Of a stretch of DNA of 64,000 bases, positions 56,305 to 64,000 are shown one piece after another. Below the pieces are notes generated by a model. The model saw only the letters and a program-made list of their open reading frames with translations. It had not been told where the DNA came from and made no database searches. Position numbers and translations under genes: made by a program. The stretch is taken from positions 5,000 to 68,999 of the forward strand of contig JBCCLJ010000006.1 in assembly GCA_039026915.1 (NCBI GenBank). Direction: 5' to 3'. How positions within the stretch are numbered: position 1 is the first letter of the stretch; each line of letters begins with the position of its first letter. Origin of the DNA: Acidobacteriota bacterium (GTDB taxonomy: Bacteria; Acidobacteriota; Thermoanaerobaculia; Multivoradales; Multivoraceae).

Positions 56305-57591
56305 TCAGCAGAGCTCGGTCTCGAGGCGCTGCAGGGTCCGATCGAGATCGCCGTCGCCCTGCCGCAACGTCTCGATCTTGTCGACCGAGTACATCACCGT
56401 CGAGTGATGCTTGTCGTTGAAGTGCTTGCCGATCTCGGGGTACGAGAGGTCGGTGAGGCGCTTGCAGAGGAACATTGCGACCTGGCGCGGAAAAGCGATC
56501 TGCTTCGAATTGTTCTTGCTCTTGATCTCGCCGACCTTGAGACCGTAGTGGTGCGCCACCTTCTTGATGATCTCGGGCGCACCGAGCTTCTGCTCCTCGG
56601 GCGGAAGGATGTCGCGCAGCGTCTCGCGGGCCATCTCGAGATCCAACTCTCTTCCGGTCATCGACGAGAACGCAGCGACGCGGTTCAGCATGCCTTCGAG
56701 CTCGCGCACGTTGGATTTCACCTGTTGGGCGATGAACTCGGCGACGGCCGGAGGCAGGTGAACGCCGAAGGTCTCGGCCTTGCGCCGCAGGATGGCCACC
56801 TTGGTCTCGAGGTCGGGCGACTGGATGTCCGCGATCAGCCCCCATTCGAAGCGGCTTCGCAGTCTCTCTTCCAGAGTCGGAATGTTCTTCGGCGAGGCGT
56901 CCGACGACAGGATGATCTGTTTCTGCGACGTGTAGAGCGTATTGAAGGTGTGGAAAAACTCCTCCTGGGTTCGCTCTTTGTTCGCTAGGAACTGGATGTC
57001 GTCGATGAGAAGAACGTCGATCGTGCGATAGCGATCGCGAAAGTCGACCATGCGCTCGTAGCGGATCGAGTTGATCAGTTCGTTGACGAACTGTTCCGCC
57101 GAGAGGTAGCGAACCTTGGCGCTCGGCTCCCGCTCTTCGATCTCCTGAGCGATCGCGTGCAGCAGGTGCGTTTTGCCGAGACCGACACCGCCGTAGAGAA
57201 AGAGCGGGTTGTAGCTCTGTCCGGGACTCTCGGCGACGGCTCGCGCTGCGGCGTAGGCGAACTGGTTCGAGTTGCCGACGACGAACGAGTCGAAGCGATA
57301 GCGCGGATTGAAAGTGCGCTTTCCCTTCGCCTCGGGCTCGCCTGGTGTGGCGTCATCGACGGAAAAGAGCACTTCGAACTCGCCGCCGCGCAGGCCGGCG
57401 ATCGCTCGATCGACCACCGTACGGTAGCTTTCTTCGAGCGTGTTCAGGAAGCGCCGATTGGGTGCCGTGAGGACGAGTTTCTGGGACTCCTCCGAGCGCA
57501 CTCGGAGAGGCTTGAACCAAGTTTGGAACTCGTCCGCCGGAATCGACTCCTGCAGCTCTTTCTGAAGATTAAACCAAAGAGAGTCAGCCAT
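56305..57591 (-). CDS. dnaA: Chromosomal replication initiator DnaA
   Basis: ATG 57591: 'MADSLWFNLQKELQESIPADEFQTWFKPL'. Walker A 'GGVGLGKTHLLHAI', 'LLIDDIQFLANKERTQEEFFHTFN'. DNA-binding C-terminus 'IAFPRQVAMFLCKRLTDLSYPEIGKHFNDKHHSTVMYS'. The listed ORF start at 57660 adds a non-DnaA-like extension. Confidence 0.95.
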   Translation of the reverse strand: MADSLWFNLQKELQESIPADEFQTWFKPLRVRSEESQKLVLTAPNRRFLNTLEESYRTVVDRAIAGLRGGEFEVLFSVDDATPGEPEAKGKRTFNPRYRFDSFVVGNSNQFAYAAARAVAESPGQSYNPLFLYGGVGLGKTHLLHAIAQEIEEREPSAKVRYLSAEQFVNELINSIRYERMVDFRDRYRTIDVLLIDDIQFLANKERTQEEFFHTFNTLYTSQKQIILSSDASPKNIPTLEERLRSRFEWGLIADIQSPDLETKVAILRRKAETFGVHLPPAVAEFIAQQVKSNVRELEGMLNRVAAFSSMTGRELDLEMARETLRDILPPEEQKLGAPEIIKKVAHHYGLKVGEIKSKNNSKQIAFPRQVAMFLCKRLTDLSYPEIGKHFNDKHHSTVMYSVDKIETLRQGDGDLDRTLQRLETELC

Positions 57592-57612
57592 TTGGAAGCA
57601 GGAAGGGGCAAT

Positions 57613-57644
57613 CGCTCCACAAGTTTTCCGCAACCTGCGGAAAA
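57613..57644. promoter_or_regulatory. Three adjacent DnaA-box-like 9-mers, including a perfect inverted pair, upstream of dnaA
   Basis: CGCTCCACA (57613-21), then TTTTCCGCA (57624-32) - ACC - TGCGGAAAA (57636-44). The last two form a perfect 9-nt inverted repeat, 33-53 nt upstream of the dnaA ATG. Confidence 0.45.
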
Positions 57645-57803
57645 GCGGAGACCGCGTCAAAATCAGTTAGGAAGGCCCGGCGAGAAGAGACGGGAGCATA
57701 CCAATCCGCTCGTTCGCGGAGCAAGGAAAAAGTGGTCCGGTGAAGGCGCGCTTCGGACTAAGCTGCGTCGCTCCATGAAGTTAGCGTCAAGAAAAAGTTT
57801 CGA

Positions 57804-58916
57804 GTGATGAACGACCCACAGAGGCGGCTGCGCGAGGACCTTCTGGACTGGTTCGACGCCAACCACCGCACGCTGCCGTGGCGTGGCTCGCGAGACCCCT
57901 ACCGGATTCTGCTGTCCGAGGTGATGAGTCAGCAGACGCGGATTCTGGTGGTCGTCGACTACTTTCATCGCTTCCTCGATCGCTTCCCGAACGTGGAGGC
58001 GCTTGCCGCGGCCGAGGAGTCCGAGGTCCTGGCTCTCTGGTCGGGTCTCGGCTACTACCAGCGCGCTCGACGACTGCACGCTGCGGCGCGCGAGGTGGTC
58101 TCGAGGGGTGGCTTTCCGACCTCGTTCGAGGGACTCAAGTCCTTGCCTGGCATCGGTGACTACACCGCTGCAGCGGTGGGCAGTATCGCGTTCGACGTCG
58201 TCGAGCCCGTGCTCGATGGCAACGTGGAGAGAGTCCTCACGCGGTGGCTGCGACTGGGAGGCGATCCCAAGCGCGTCGCGGTGCGTCGTCGCCTCCGCGA
58301 GACCGCTGCGACCCTGCTCGACGCGCAGCGCCCCGGCGACAGCAATCAAGCGATGATGGAGCTCGGCGCGACGATCTGCACGCCGCGCTCCCCGCGCTGC
58401 GGCGACTGTCCGCTCGCAGAGAGCTGCCGGGCCTTCCGCGACGGTGTGCCGACGGAGTACCCCGAGTCGAAGCCGAAGAACGTCACCAAGGTCCTCGAAG
58501 TCTGGATCGCCGTCGTCGTCCAGCGTGACGACCGCCTGCTCCTCGCGCGGCGCTCCGCAGAGTCGGAGGTCTTGGCCGGCGCCTGGATGGTTCCGAGTGT
58601 GCGCCTGAGCTCGGAAGAGTTCAAGAAGGGCCGACGAGCTCGATGGACTTGGCGGGCTGACGGAGTGGCTCGGAATCTGACACGGTCGTTCGGCGGTCGC
58701 TGGAGCGTCGATCGTCCCGTGGCTCAGGTGAAGCACGGCATCACCTTTCGCTCTCTCGAGGTGCACTGCTCACGCGCCCGGGTGGATCGCCTGCCGCGGC
58801 GCGACGATCTCGTCTGGGTGACGCCGCCCGAGCTCGAGGCGCTGCACACCTCTTCGCTCGTCGCCAAGATCCTCTCGGCTCAGTCGTCGTCGCTCGACTT
58901 GGGAGCGGAGCTCTGA
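57804..58916 (+). CDS. mutY: A/G-specific adenine DNA glycosylase MutY
   Basis: 'LPWRGSRDPYRILLSEVMSQQTR', HhH-GPD 'LPGIGDYTAAAV', 4Fe-4S 'CTPRSPRCGDCPLAESC'. NUDIX-like C-terminal domain. Confidence 0.92.
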   Translation: MMNDPQRRLREDLLDWFDANHRTLPWRGSRDPYRILLSEVMSQQTRILVVVDYFHRFLDRFPNVEALAAAEESEVLALWSGLGYYQRARRLHAAAREVVSRGGFPTSFEGLKSLPGIGDYTAAAVGSIAFDVVEPVLDGNVERVLTRWLRLGGDPKRVAVRRRLRETAATLLDAQRPGDSNQAMMELGATICTPRSPRCGDCPLAESCRAFRDGVPTEYPESKPKNVTKVLEVWIAVVVQRDDRLLLARRSAESEVLAGAWMVPSVRLSSEEFKKGRRARWTWRADGVARNLTRSFGGRWSVDRPVAQVKHGITFRSLEVHCSRARVDRLPRRDDLVWVTPPELEALHTSSLVAKILSAQSSSLDLGAEL

Positions 58917-59941
58917 TGCGGTAGCCCCTCTCGGTGACTGCCACCAGAGAGGATGTACCAACCGATGATCTTCTCGTTCGTCTCACGAAGGCGTTTGGCG
59001 AGCAGCTTCGTCATGACCTTGAGCAGTCGGATGGACGAGGCGCGGTCGATGTCGAGAATCTTCGAGAGAACCTCGCGTCGGATCGAAAGCAGCAGGGCAC
59101 CTCCCGCATCGGCGGCCGCATCGGCGGATCGCGGGAGATCGTCGATCAGCGACATCTCACCGAAGAACTCGCCGCGTCCGAGGAAGGCCATGGCTTCCTC
59201 GCCGGCTCCGGGGATGATCTTGCTGATCATGATGCGCCCTTCGACCACCACGTACATGCGATCACCGTCGTCTCCGTCGGCAAAGACGAGCTGACCGGGG
59301 CGGAAGCGACGCGCCTCGCAGAGCGAGCCGAGGTAGTTGACCTCCATATTGGAGAGTCCCTGCTCGCGGAAGACGGCGCGCTTGTCTTCGATGTCGATCT
59401 TGGTGTCCTCGACCGATTCGGCCATGGCTCGTGGAGCGTCGTTGGCGGCGGTCTCGTCGATGAAGAACCGGCTGAGATTGTTGTTCGTCTGACGCAGCTT
59501 CGCGGAGAGGCTCTTCCACAGCGTCCAGGTGAAGGCGACTTCGAAGGCCGGGTCTTCCGCGCACAGCTGTTCGAGACGCACCGGGTTGAGAACCAGGAGA
59601 TCGCAGGGTGCCAGAGTGAGCGCGTCGACCGACCTCGTATCGCCGTCGACGAAGTTCATCTCACCGAAGAGCTGGCCCGGCGTGAGCCGTGTGACTTCAA
59701 AGCTGCCGTACGAGGTCTGGCGCTGCAGACTGACCTCCCCCGACTCCACGACGAACGCCTCTCGCGTCGTTTCGCGCTCCTGGATCACCACCGCGCCCTC
59801 GGGATACTGATGTCGGAAGGCGCAACCACGCAGCTGCTCGAGCTGCGCATCCGAGAAGTGCTTGAAGTGGGGTAGCTGGCGAAGGGCTTCGAGCATGGAA
59901 GTGACCGTCGAGAGTCGGTTGGGTCGACGGGCCGCCTCCAT
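58880..59941 (-). CDS. Protein with two tandem cyclic-nucleotide-binding (CAP_ED) domains and no recognisable output domain
   Basis: Two copies of the cNMP cassette: 'GQLFGEMNFVDGDTRSVDALT' and 'GEFFGEMSLIDDLPRSADAAA'. No HTH seen. An alternative start is 59896. The 3' end overlaps mutY convergently by 37 nt. Confidence 0.83.
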   Translation of the reverse strand: MEAARRPNRLSTVTSMLEALRQLPHFKHFSDAQLEQLRGCAFRHQYPEGAVVIQERETTREAFVVESGEVSLQRQTSYGSFEVTRLTPGQLFGEMNFVDGDTRSVDALTLAPCDLLVLNPVRLEQLCAEDPAFEVAFTWTLWKSLSAKLRQTNNNLSRFFIDETAANDAPRAMAESVEDTKIDIEDKRAVFREQGLSNMEVNYLGSLCEARRFRPGQLVFADGDDGDRMYVVVEGRIMISKIIPGAGEEAMAFLGRGEFFGEMSLIDDLPRSADAAADAGGALLLSIRREVLSKILDIDRASSIRLLKVMTKLLAKRLRETNEKIIGWYILSGGSHREGLPHQSSAPKSSDDD

Positions 59942-60186
59942 TCTGGCTCATGCACGCCCGTCGAGCGAATCACTCCGTGCGGCATTCGTCCTGGGGTCTC
60001 GTCAAACGACGCGAAACACGCGCAATTTCCCTGGAATGAGCAGCTTGTGGCTGCTGACCGAAGTGTCGAGCCTGACGTACACTGCGTCGGTACGGACGAG
60101 AAAAAAGAGACCACTCCTTGAACCCTGCCAACGCGAGCGGCGGCACACACGGAGGCCGTGACCACCGTCGTCGGCCTCGCGTCGTA

Positions 60187-63100
60187 ATGCTGCTGGCCAA
60201 TCCGTTCACCCACGACACGCGCGTCAACAAGCAGGCGCGCGCCCTGGTGACTTGGGCGTGCGACGTCACGATCGTCGCCCGCGATGGGAAAGAACTGCCG
60301 GCGTTCGAGACCCGGGATCAGATCGACATCGAGCGCGTGCCGTTTGCCGAGGCGTCGCTGGTCGACTCGTTTCGGTTGCTGAACCTGGTCGCCGTCGGTG
60401 CGCAGGACCGAGTCGCCCGGATCCTCGGCTCGCAAGAACCCGCACGCCTCAAAGAGCGGCCTTTGCTCCGCTCTCGACTCTCCTGGGTCGGCCTACCGTC
60501 GCTGCTGGTGGTCTTCTTCTTCGGAGCGCTGGTGGCTCTGGCCCAGGGCTCGTTCCGTCTCTTGCGAGCGCTGATGCGCGGCGGTGTCGCAGCCATGCGT
60601 GCCGTGGGACGGGCTTTCCTCGACGGCTTCCGTCTGGCGGCGCGCCTGCCGGGGACCCTCGTCCGATCAGCATTCCGAGGCGGGCTGGTCCTCCTTCGGG
60701 GAACGAGGTCGATCGCAGCTCTCTTCGTTCACGGTGTGGCCGCGGTGGCGCGTTTCGCCGGTCGCGCAGCTTCCGTCGCTCTGCCGTCGGCGGTCTACCA
60801 GCCTCTGGCCAAACGACTCTTCGCCTCTGCTCGTACGCTGCGCAACGCCGTGCGGTGGCGTTGGAATCGCTTCGAGCAGTTCTTTCGCGGCCGGGCCCGG
60901 GTCGGTGCGGGCGGCGCTCGTTCAGGAACGTCGCGGTTTCAGCGATTCGTCCAGTCTCTTCGTCGCTCGCTCGAGCGGCGCAGGGTGCTGCTGCGCAGTC
61001 GTTGGATTCGATGGTCGACTCCGAAGAAGCGAGCCGTGAACCGTCGCAAGACGCTGCTTCGGTCGGCAGCGAGGAAGCGGGTTCGTGCCCTCCTCCCGGC
61101 TCAAGCGCCGATCCTCGCCATGAACCTGCCGTTCGCCCGTCACGCGCTCCGCTACGAGCCGGAGATCGTCGTGGCACACGATCTCAACACGCTGCTGGCG
61201 GGCCTGGCTCTGAAAGAAACTCTCGGGTGCAAGCTCGTCTACGACTCTCATGAGCTGTATCTCGAACGCAACATCGGCGACCGCAACCGCTTCAAGGAAA
61301 ACCTCTTCTGGACGCCGCTCGAGCGCATGGCGATTGGTCAATGCGACGCCGTGCTCTCCGTTGCGGACGGCATCTGCAAGCACCTCGGCGATCTCTACCG
61401 CATTGAGAAGCCGCACCTGATCCGCAACGTTCAGCCGTACGAGCCGCCGGCCTTTCGGAGTGATCTGCTGGCCCAGTCCCTCGGAGTGTCCCCCTCTCTC
61501 CCCCTGGGTATCTATGCGGGAGCGATCACGATCAACCGCGGTATCGAACAGCTCATCGAAGCTGCGCGCTACCTGGAAGACGCGGCCTTCGTCGTCATGG
61601 GCTACGCGCTCAACCCGGCTTTCCTCGAAGGGCTCCAACAGCAGGCTCGGGACGCAGGTGTTCTGGGAAAGACGCTCTTCTTTCACGACGCCGTGCCGAT
61701 GGACCGCGTTGTCGAGTACGTCTCTTCCGCGAAGCTGAGCGTCGTGCCGACGAGGAACGTCTGCCTCAGTTACTACTTCGAGGCGAGTAACAAGATCTTC
61801 CACAGCCTGATGGCGGGTGTCCCCGTTGCCATGAGTGACCATCCGGAGAAGCGGTTGCTCGTCGAAGAGCACGACGTCGGGGTTCTCTTCGACGAGAACG
61901 ATCCGAAGGCGATCGCCGGAGCGGTTCAGGGCCTCCTGGCGGACGATGCGAGCTACGCCCGGAAGCGACAGAACTGTCTCGACGCCGCGCGCAGCCTCAA
62001 CTGGGAGAACGAGGAGTTCAAGCTGAGAAAGGTCTACGCAGGCCTCCTCGGAGATCGCGCGCCGCGGGTGCCTCCCGCGACACTGCCCTCGACGGAACTC
62101 GAAGCACAGCGGCCCGGTCGACGGCAGCGCCGTCGTTCCGGCGGCTTGAACCCTAGCTATGTCGATTACCTCGAGCATTTTGGACGCACCGTGACTCTGG
62201 CCGAGCTGCACGACTCCGACGAGCCGGGAATCGGCCTTCGGCATGACGTCGACCACGATCTCGACGCCGCGCTGGACATGGCCTACGTCGAGCAGCGCCG
62301 AGGCTGTCGGGCAACGTACTTTCTCCTGCACACGGCACCGTACTGGGAGGATCCTCGCTTCGAGTCCAAGTGCCGCCAGCTCCTCGACTACGGACACGAG
62401 ATCGGTCTGCATGTCGACGTCTTCTCGGAGCTCGCGGAGAATCCCGATTTCGAGCCTCGGGCGCGACTCGAAGAGTTGATCGATCGGCTGCGCGGCTTCG
62501 GGGCCACGGTCCGAGGAGTTGCAGCGCACGGCTCCCCGCAGTGCTACGAGCTCGGGTTCATCAACCACTGGTTCTGGGAGGAACTGCGCGGCGACCATCC
62601 GGAGCAGACGGAGAGCGTGCTCAACGCCGAGGGCATCTCCGCCGTCGATCCGAATTACCGGGTTCCCTATCCGCTCTCCGGCTCCGTCGAGGTCGCGGAG
62701 GGTAAAAGGGTCCATCTCTGGTCCGTCTCCATGTCGTCTCTCGGAGTCAGCTACGAGGCGGCCAGGATCCCCGTCGACGAGTACTGGACCGACACCGGCG
62801 GCGATTGGAAGCGAAGCGGAGATCCTCTCGAAGCGGATCTGACGCGAGGAAGGCACCAGGTTCTCTTTCATCCGGTCTGGTGGAGAGGCACGGCCCGAAA
62901 GATCTTCGTTCTGTCGACGGCGCGCTCGGGGAGCAAGTGGCTCACCGCAGCCATCGATCGCGCGACATCGGCTCGAGCAGTTCATGAGTGGACGCTGAAT
63001 CATCACGAGAGAGACGGCGTCGTCGAGCAGGACAAACGCACGACGGTCTTTCAGGATCTTCTGGATCAACGGCCTCTGGCGTTGGCTCGTCTGAGAGAAG

Positions 63101-64000
63101 GTCTGCGCCTTCAGCGAGCTCAGGGCGGAACCGTGGTCGAAGCCAACGTCTATCTTCCGTTCTTTCTCGACGAGCTTCTGCAGATGGAGAACGAAGCGGA
63201 GATCGTGCACCTCTACCGAGACGGGAGGGAGGTCGTTCGCTCTCTCGTGGAGCGTGGCTGGTACTCGACGCCCGACGATCGAAATCACCCGAGAATCGAC
63301 ACCGCACACTGGGAGTCACTCGGCCAGGTCGAGCGCTGCGCGGCTTACATCCGTTGGGTCCATGAGGAGATCGCACCCCGAGCGACGGCCCGTCTGCAGT
63401 TCGAGCGCATGATCCAAGACGCTGACTATCTCGCGAGGGTCCTCGAGGATCTCGGTCTCTTCGTGCACCGCCGGCTGTTGGACGAGGAGTTCGGTGAGGT
63501 CTTGGATTCGACCGGCCGCTGGACCGTACCCCCGTTCGATGAATGGCGCCCGTCGCTGCAGCGCGAGTTCTTCGACACTTGCGGTCCCGCGCAGCGAGCG
63601 CTCGGCTACTTCTCGGAGGACTCGGGCGAGTTGGCTCTCCGCCCGGCGTTGTCCGAACCGCTCGAGAGTCGGCAGGTACTTTCTCTCGAGACCTTCGACT
63701 GGAGCCGTTGCGGCGGGCGCGGCGTCGCCGTGACCGAAGCCGAGAGCGGTGTCGAGTTCGCACTCGAAGGACCGAGCGGCCCGCGCCACCAGATGCTCGC
63801 GCCGGGAGGCTGGCACAACGTGGCGCGCGAGGAAGGCCTCGAGCTGGAGCCAGGCTACTACTACGTTGGTCGCATGCTCGGGGCGGTCCGTGACGGCGAT
63901 TCGGTGCGTGTCTTCGCCCTCTTCTACGACGAGGAGGGGTCTCTGGTCCGTCGCACGCTCGTGCATACCTGGCGCTCGGAAGCGACAGCGGCCTTCTTCT
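60187..64000 (+). CDS. Partial (3'-open) giant multidomain protein: GT4 glycosyltransferase with large basic insertion - CE4/NodB-like deacetylase - sulfotransferase - unknown C-terminal region
   Basis: Hand translation of frame 1 gives no stop from TGA 60073-75 to 64000. It is not in the ORF track because it is unterminated. Candidate starts are ATG 60187 and in-frame TTG 60118 after AAGAGA. Motifs, in order:
- GT4: 'MLLANPFTHDTRVNKQARALV', 'EIVVAHDLNTLLAG...KLVYDSHELYLE', 'YYFEASNKIFHSLMAGVPV'.
- CE4-like: 'GLRHDVDHD' (62236-62259), 'GHEIGLH', 'VLFHPVWW'.
- Sulfotransferase: 5'-PSB 'KIFVLSTARSGSKWL' (~62897-62941) and 3'-PB 'IVHLYRDGREVVRSL' (~63201-63245). Confidence 0.85.
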   Translation, partial: MLLANPFTHDTRVNKQARALVTWACDVTIVARDGKELPAFETRDQIDIERVPFAEASLVDSFRLLNLVAVGAQDRVARILGSQEPARLKERPLLRSRLSWVGLPSLLVVFFFGALVALAQGSFRLLRALMRGGVAAMRAVGRAFLDGFRLAARLPGTLVRSAFRGGLVLLRGTRSIAALFVHGVAAVARFAGRAASVALPSAVYQPLAKRLFASARTLRNAVRWRWNRFEQFFRGRARVGAGGARSGTSRFQRFVQSLRRSLERRRVLLRSRWIRWSTPKKRAVNRRKTLLRSAARKRVRALLPAQAPILAMNLPFARHALRYEPEIVVAHDLNTLLAGLALKETLGCKLVYDSHELYLERNIGDRNRFKENLFWTPLERMAIGQCDAVLSVADGICKHLGDLYRIEKPHLIRNVQPYEPPAFRSDLLAQSLGVSPSLPLGIYAGAITINRGIEQLIEAARYLEDAAFVVMGYALNPAFLEGLQQQARDAGVLGKTLFFHDAVPMDRVVEYVSSAKLSVVPTRNVCLSYYFEASNKIFHSLMAGVPVAMSDHPEKRLLVEEHDVGVLFDENDPKAIAGAVQGLLADDASYARKRQNCLDAARSLNWENEEFKLRKVYAGLLGDRAPRVPPATLPSTELEAQRPGRRQRRRSGGLNPSYVDYLEHFGRTVTLAELHDSDEPGIGLRHDVDHDLDAALDMAYVEQRRGCRATYFLLHTAPYWEDPRFESKCRQLLDYGHEIGLHVDVFSELAENPDFEPRARLEELIDRLRGFGATVRGVAAHGSPQCYELGFINHWFWEELRGDHPEQTESVLNAEGISAVDPNYRVPYPLSGSVEVAEGKRVHLWSVSMSSLGVSYEAARIPVDEYWTDTGGDWKRSGDPLEADLTRGRHQVLFHPVWWRGTARKIFVLSTARSGSKWLTAAIDRATSARAVHEWTLNHHERDGVVEQDKRTTVFQDLLDQRPLALARLREGLRLQRAQGGTVVEANVYLPFFLDELLQMENEAEIVHLYRDGREVVRSLVERGWYSTPDDRNHPRIDTAHWESLGQVERCAAYIRWVHEEIAPRATARLQFERMIQDADYLARVLEDLGLFVHRRLLDEEFGEVLDSTGRWTVPPFDEWRPSLQREFFDTCGPAQRALGYFSEDSGELALRPALSEPLESRQVLSLETFDWSRCGGRGVAVTEAESGVEFALEGPSGPRHQMLAPGGWHNVAREEGLELEPGYYYVGRMLGAVRDGDSVRVFALFYDEEGSLVRRTLVHTWRSEATAAFF

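Noticed and set aside
60922-63309. 795-aa minus-strand ORF
   Set aside because: It is an antisense shadow of the unterminated plus-strand GT-deacetylase-sulfotransferase ORF. Its translation has no recognisable motifs, whereas the plus frame carries three consecutive well-known motif sets. The same applies to 63316..63966 (-).

Overview
High-GC (about two-thirds G+C by eye), densely coding bacterial chromosomal segment with about 50 genes. I found no rRNA, CRISPR array, transposase or integrase. It is mostly core genome and spans the replication-origin neighbourhood.

Core content:
- gyrA-gyrB-recF-dnaN-dnaA lie on the minus strand. A candidate oriC (DnaA-box-like 9-mers plus a ~33% GC island) sits in the dnaN-dnaA spacer, and mutY lies on the other side of dnaA.
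- An rpsU-(terminator)-mutS2-dnaG-rpoD macromolecular-synthesis block.
- A consolidated cell-shape operon mreB-mreC-mreD-mrdA-rodA-rng, ending in an unusual kinase/glycosidase-like fusion gene.
- ruvAB, thrABC, one tRNA(CAT) and assorted housekeeping enzymes.

Accessory-looking content:
1. A five-gene, translationally coupled phenolic-lipid operon of the srs/ftp type (type III PKS, ICMT-type methyltransferase, ACP, fatty acyl-AMP ligase, FAD oxidoreductase). It is packed directly behind three more genes.
2. An orphan Wzm/Wzt(+C-terminal domain)/DUF3467 glycan-exporter operon.
3. A GAF-like / ~400-aa acidic disordered / conserved C-terminal-domain protein that carries a (GAGGTC)5 repeat.
4. The most interesting item: a plus-strand ORF of more than 1,270 codons that starts at ~60187 and runs off the right edge. 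It is missing from the supplied ORF track because it has no stop in the window. By hand translation it is a glycosyltransferase (GT4) - CE4/NodB-like deacetylase - sulfotransferase fusion.

Caveats: many long ORFs in the track are antisense or alternate-frame shadows typical of high-GC DNA, and several true genes start well inside their listed ORFs. All functional calls rest on motifs I recognised by eye. No database search was run.
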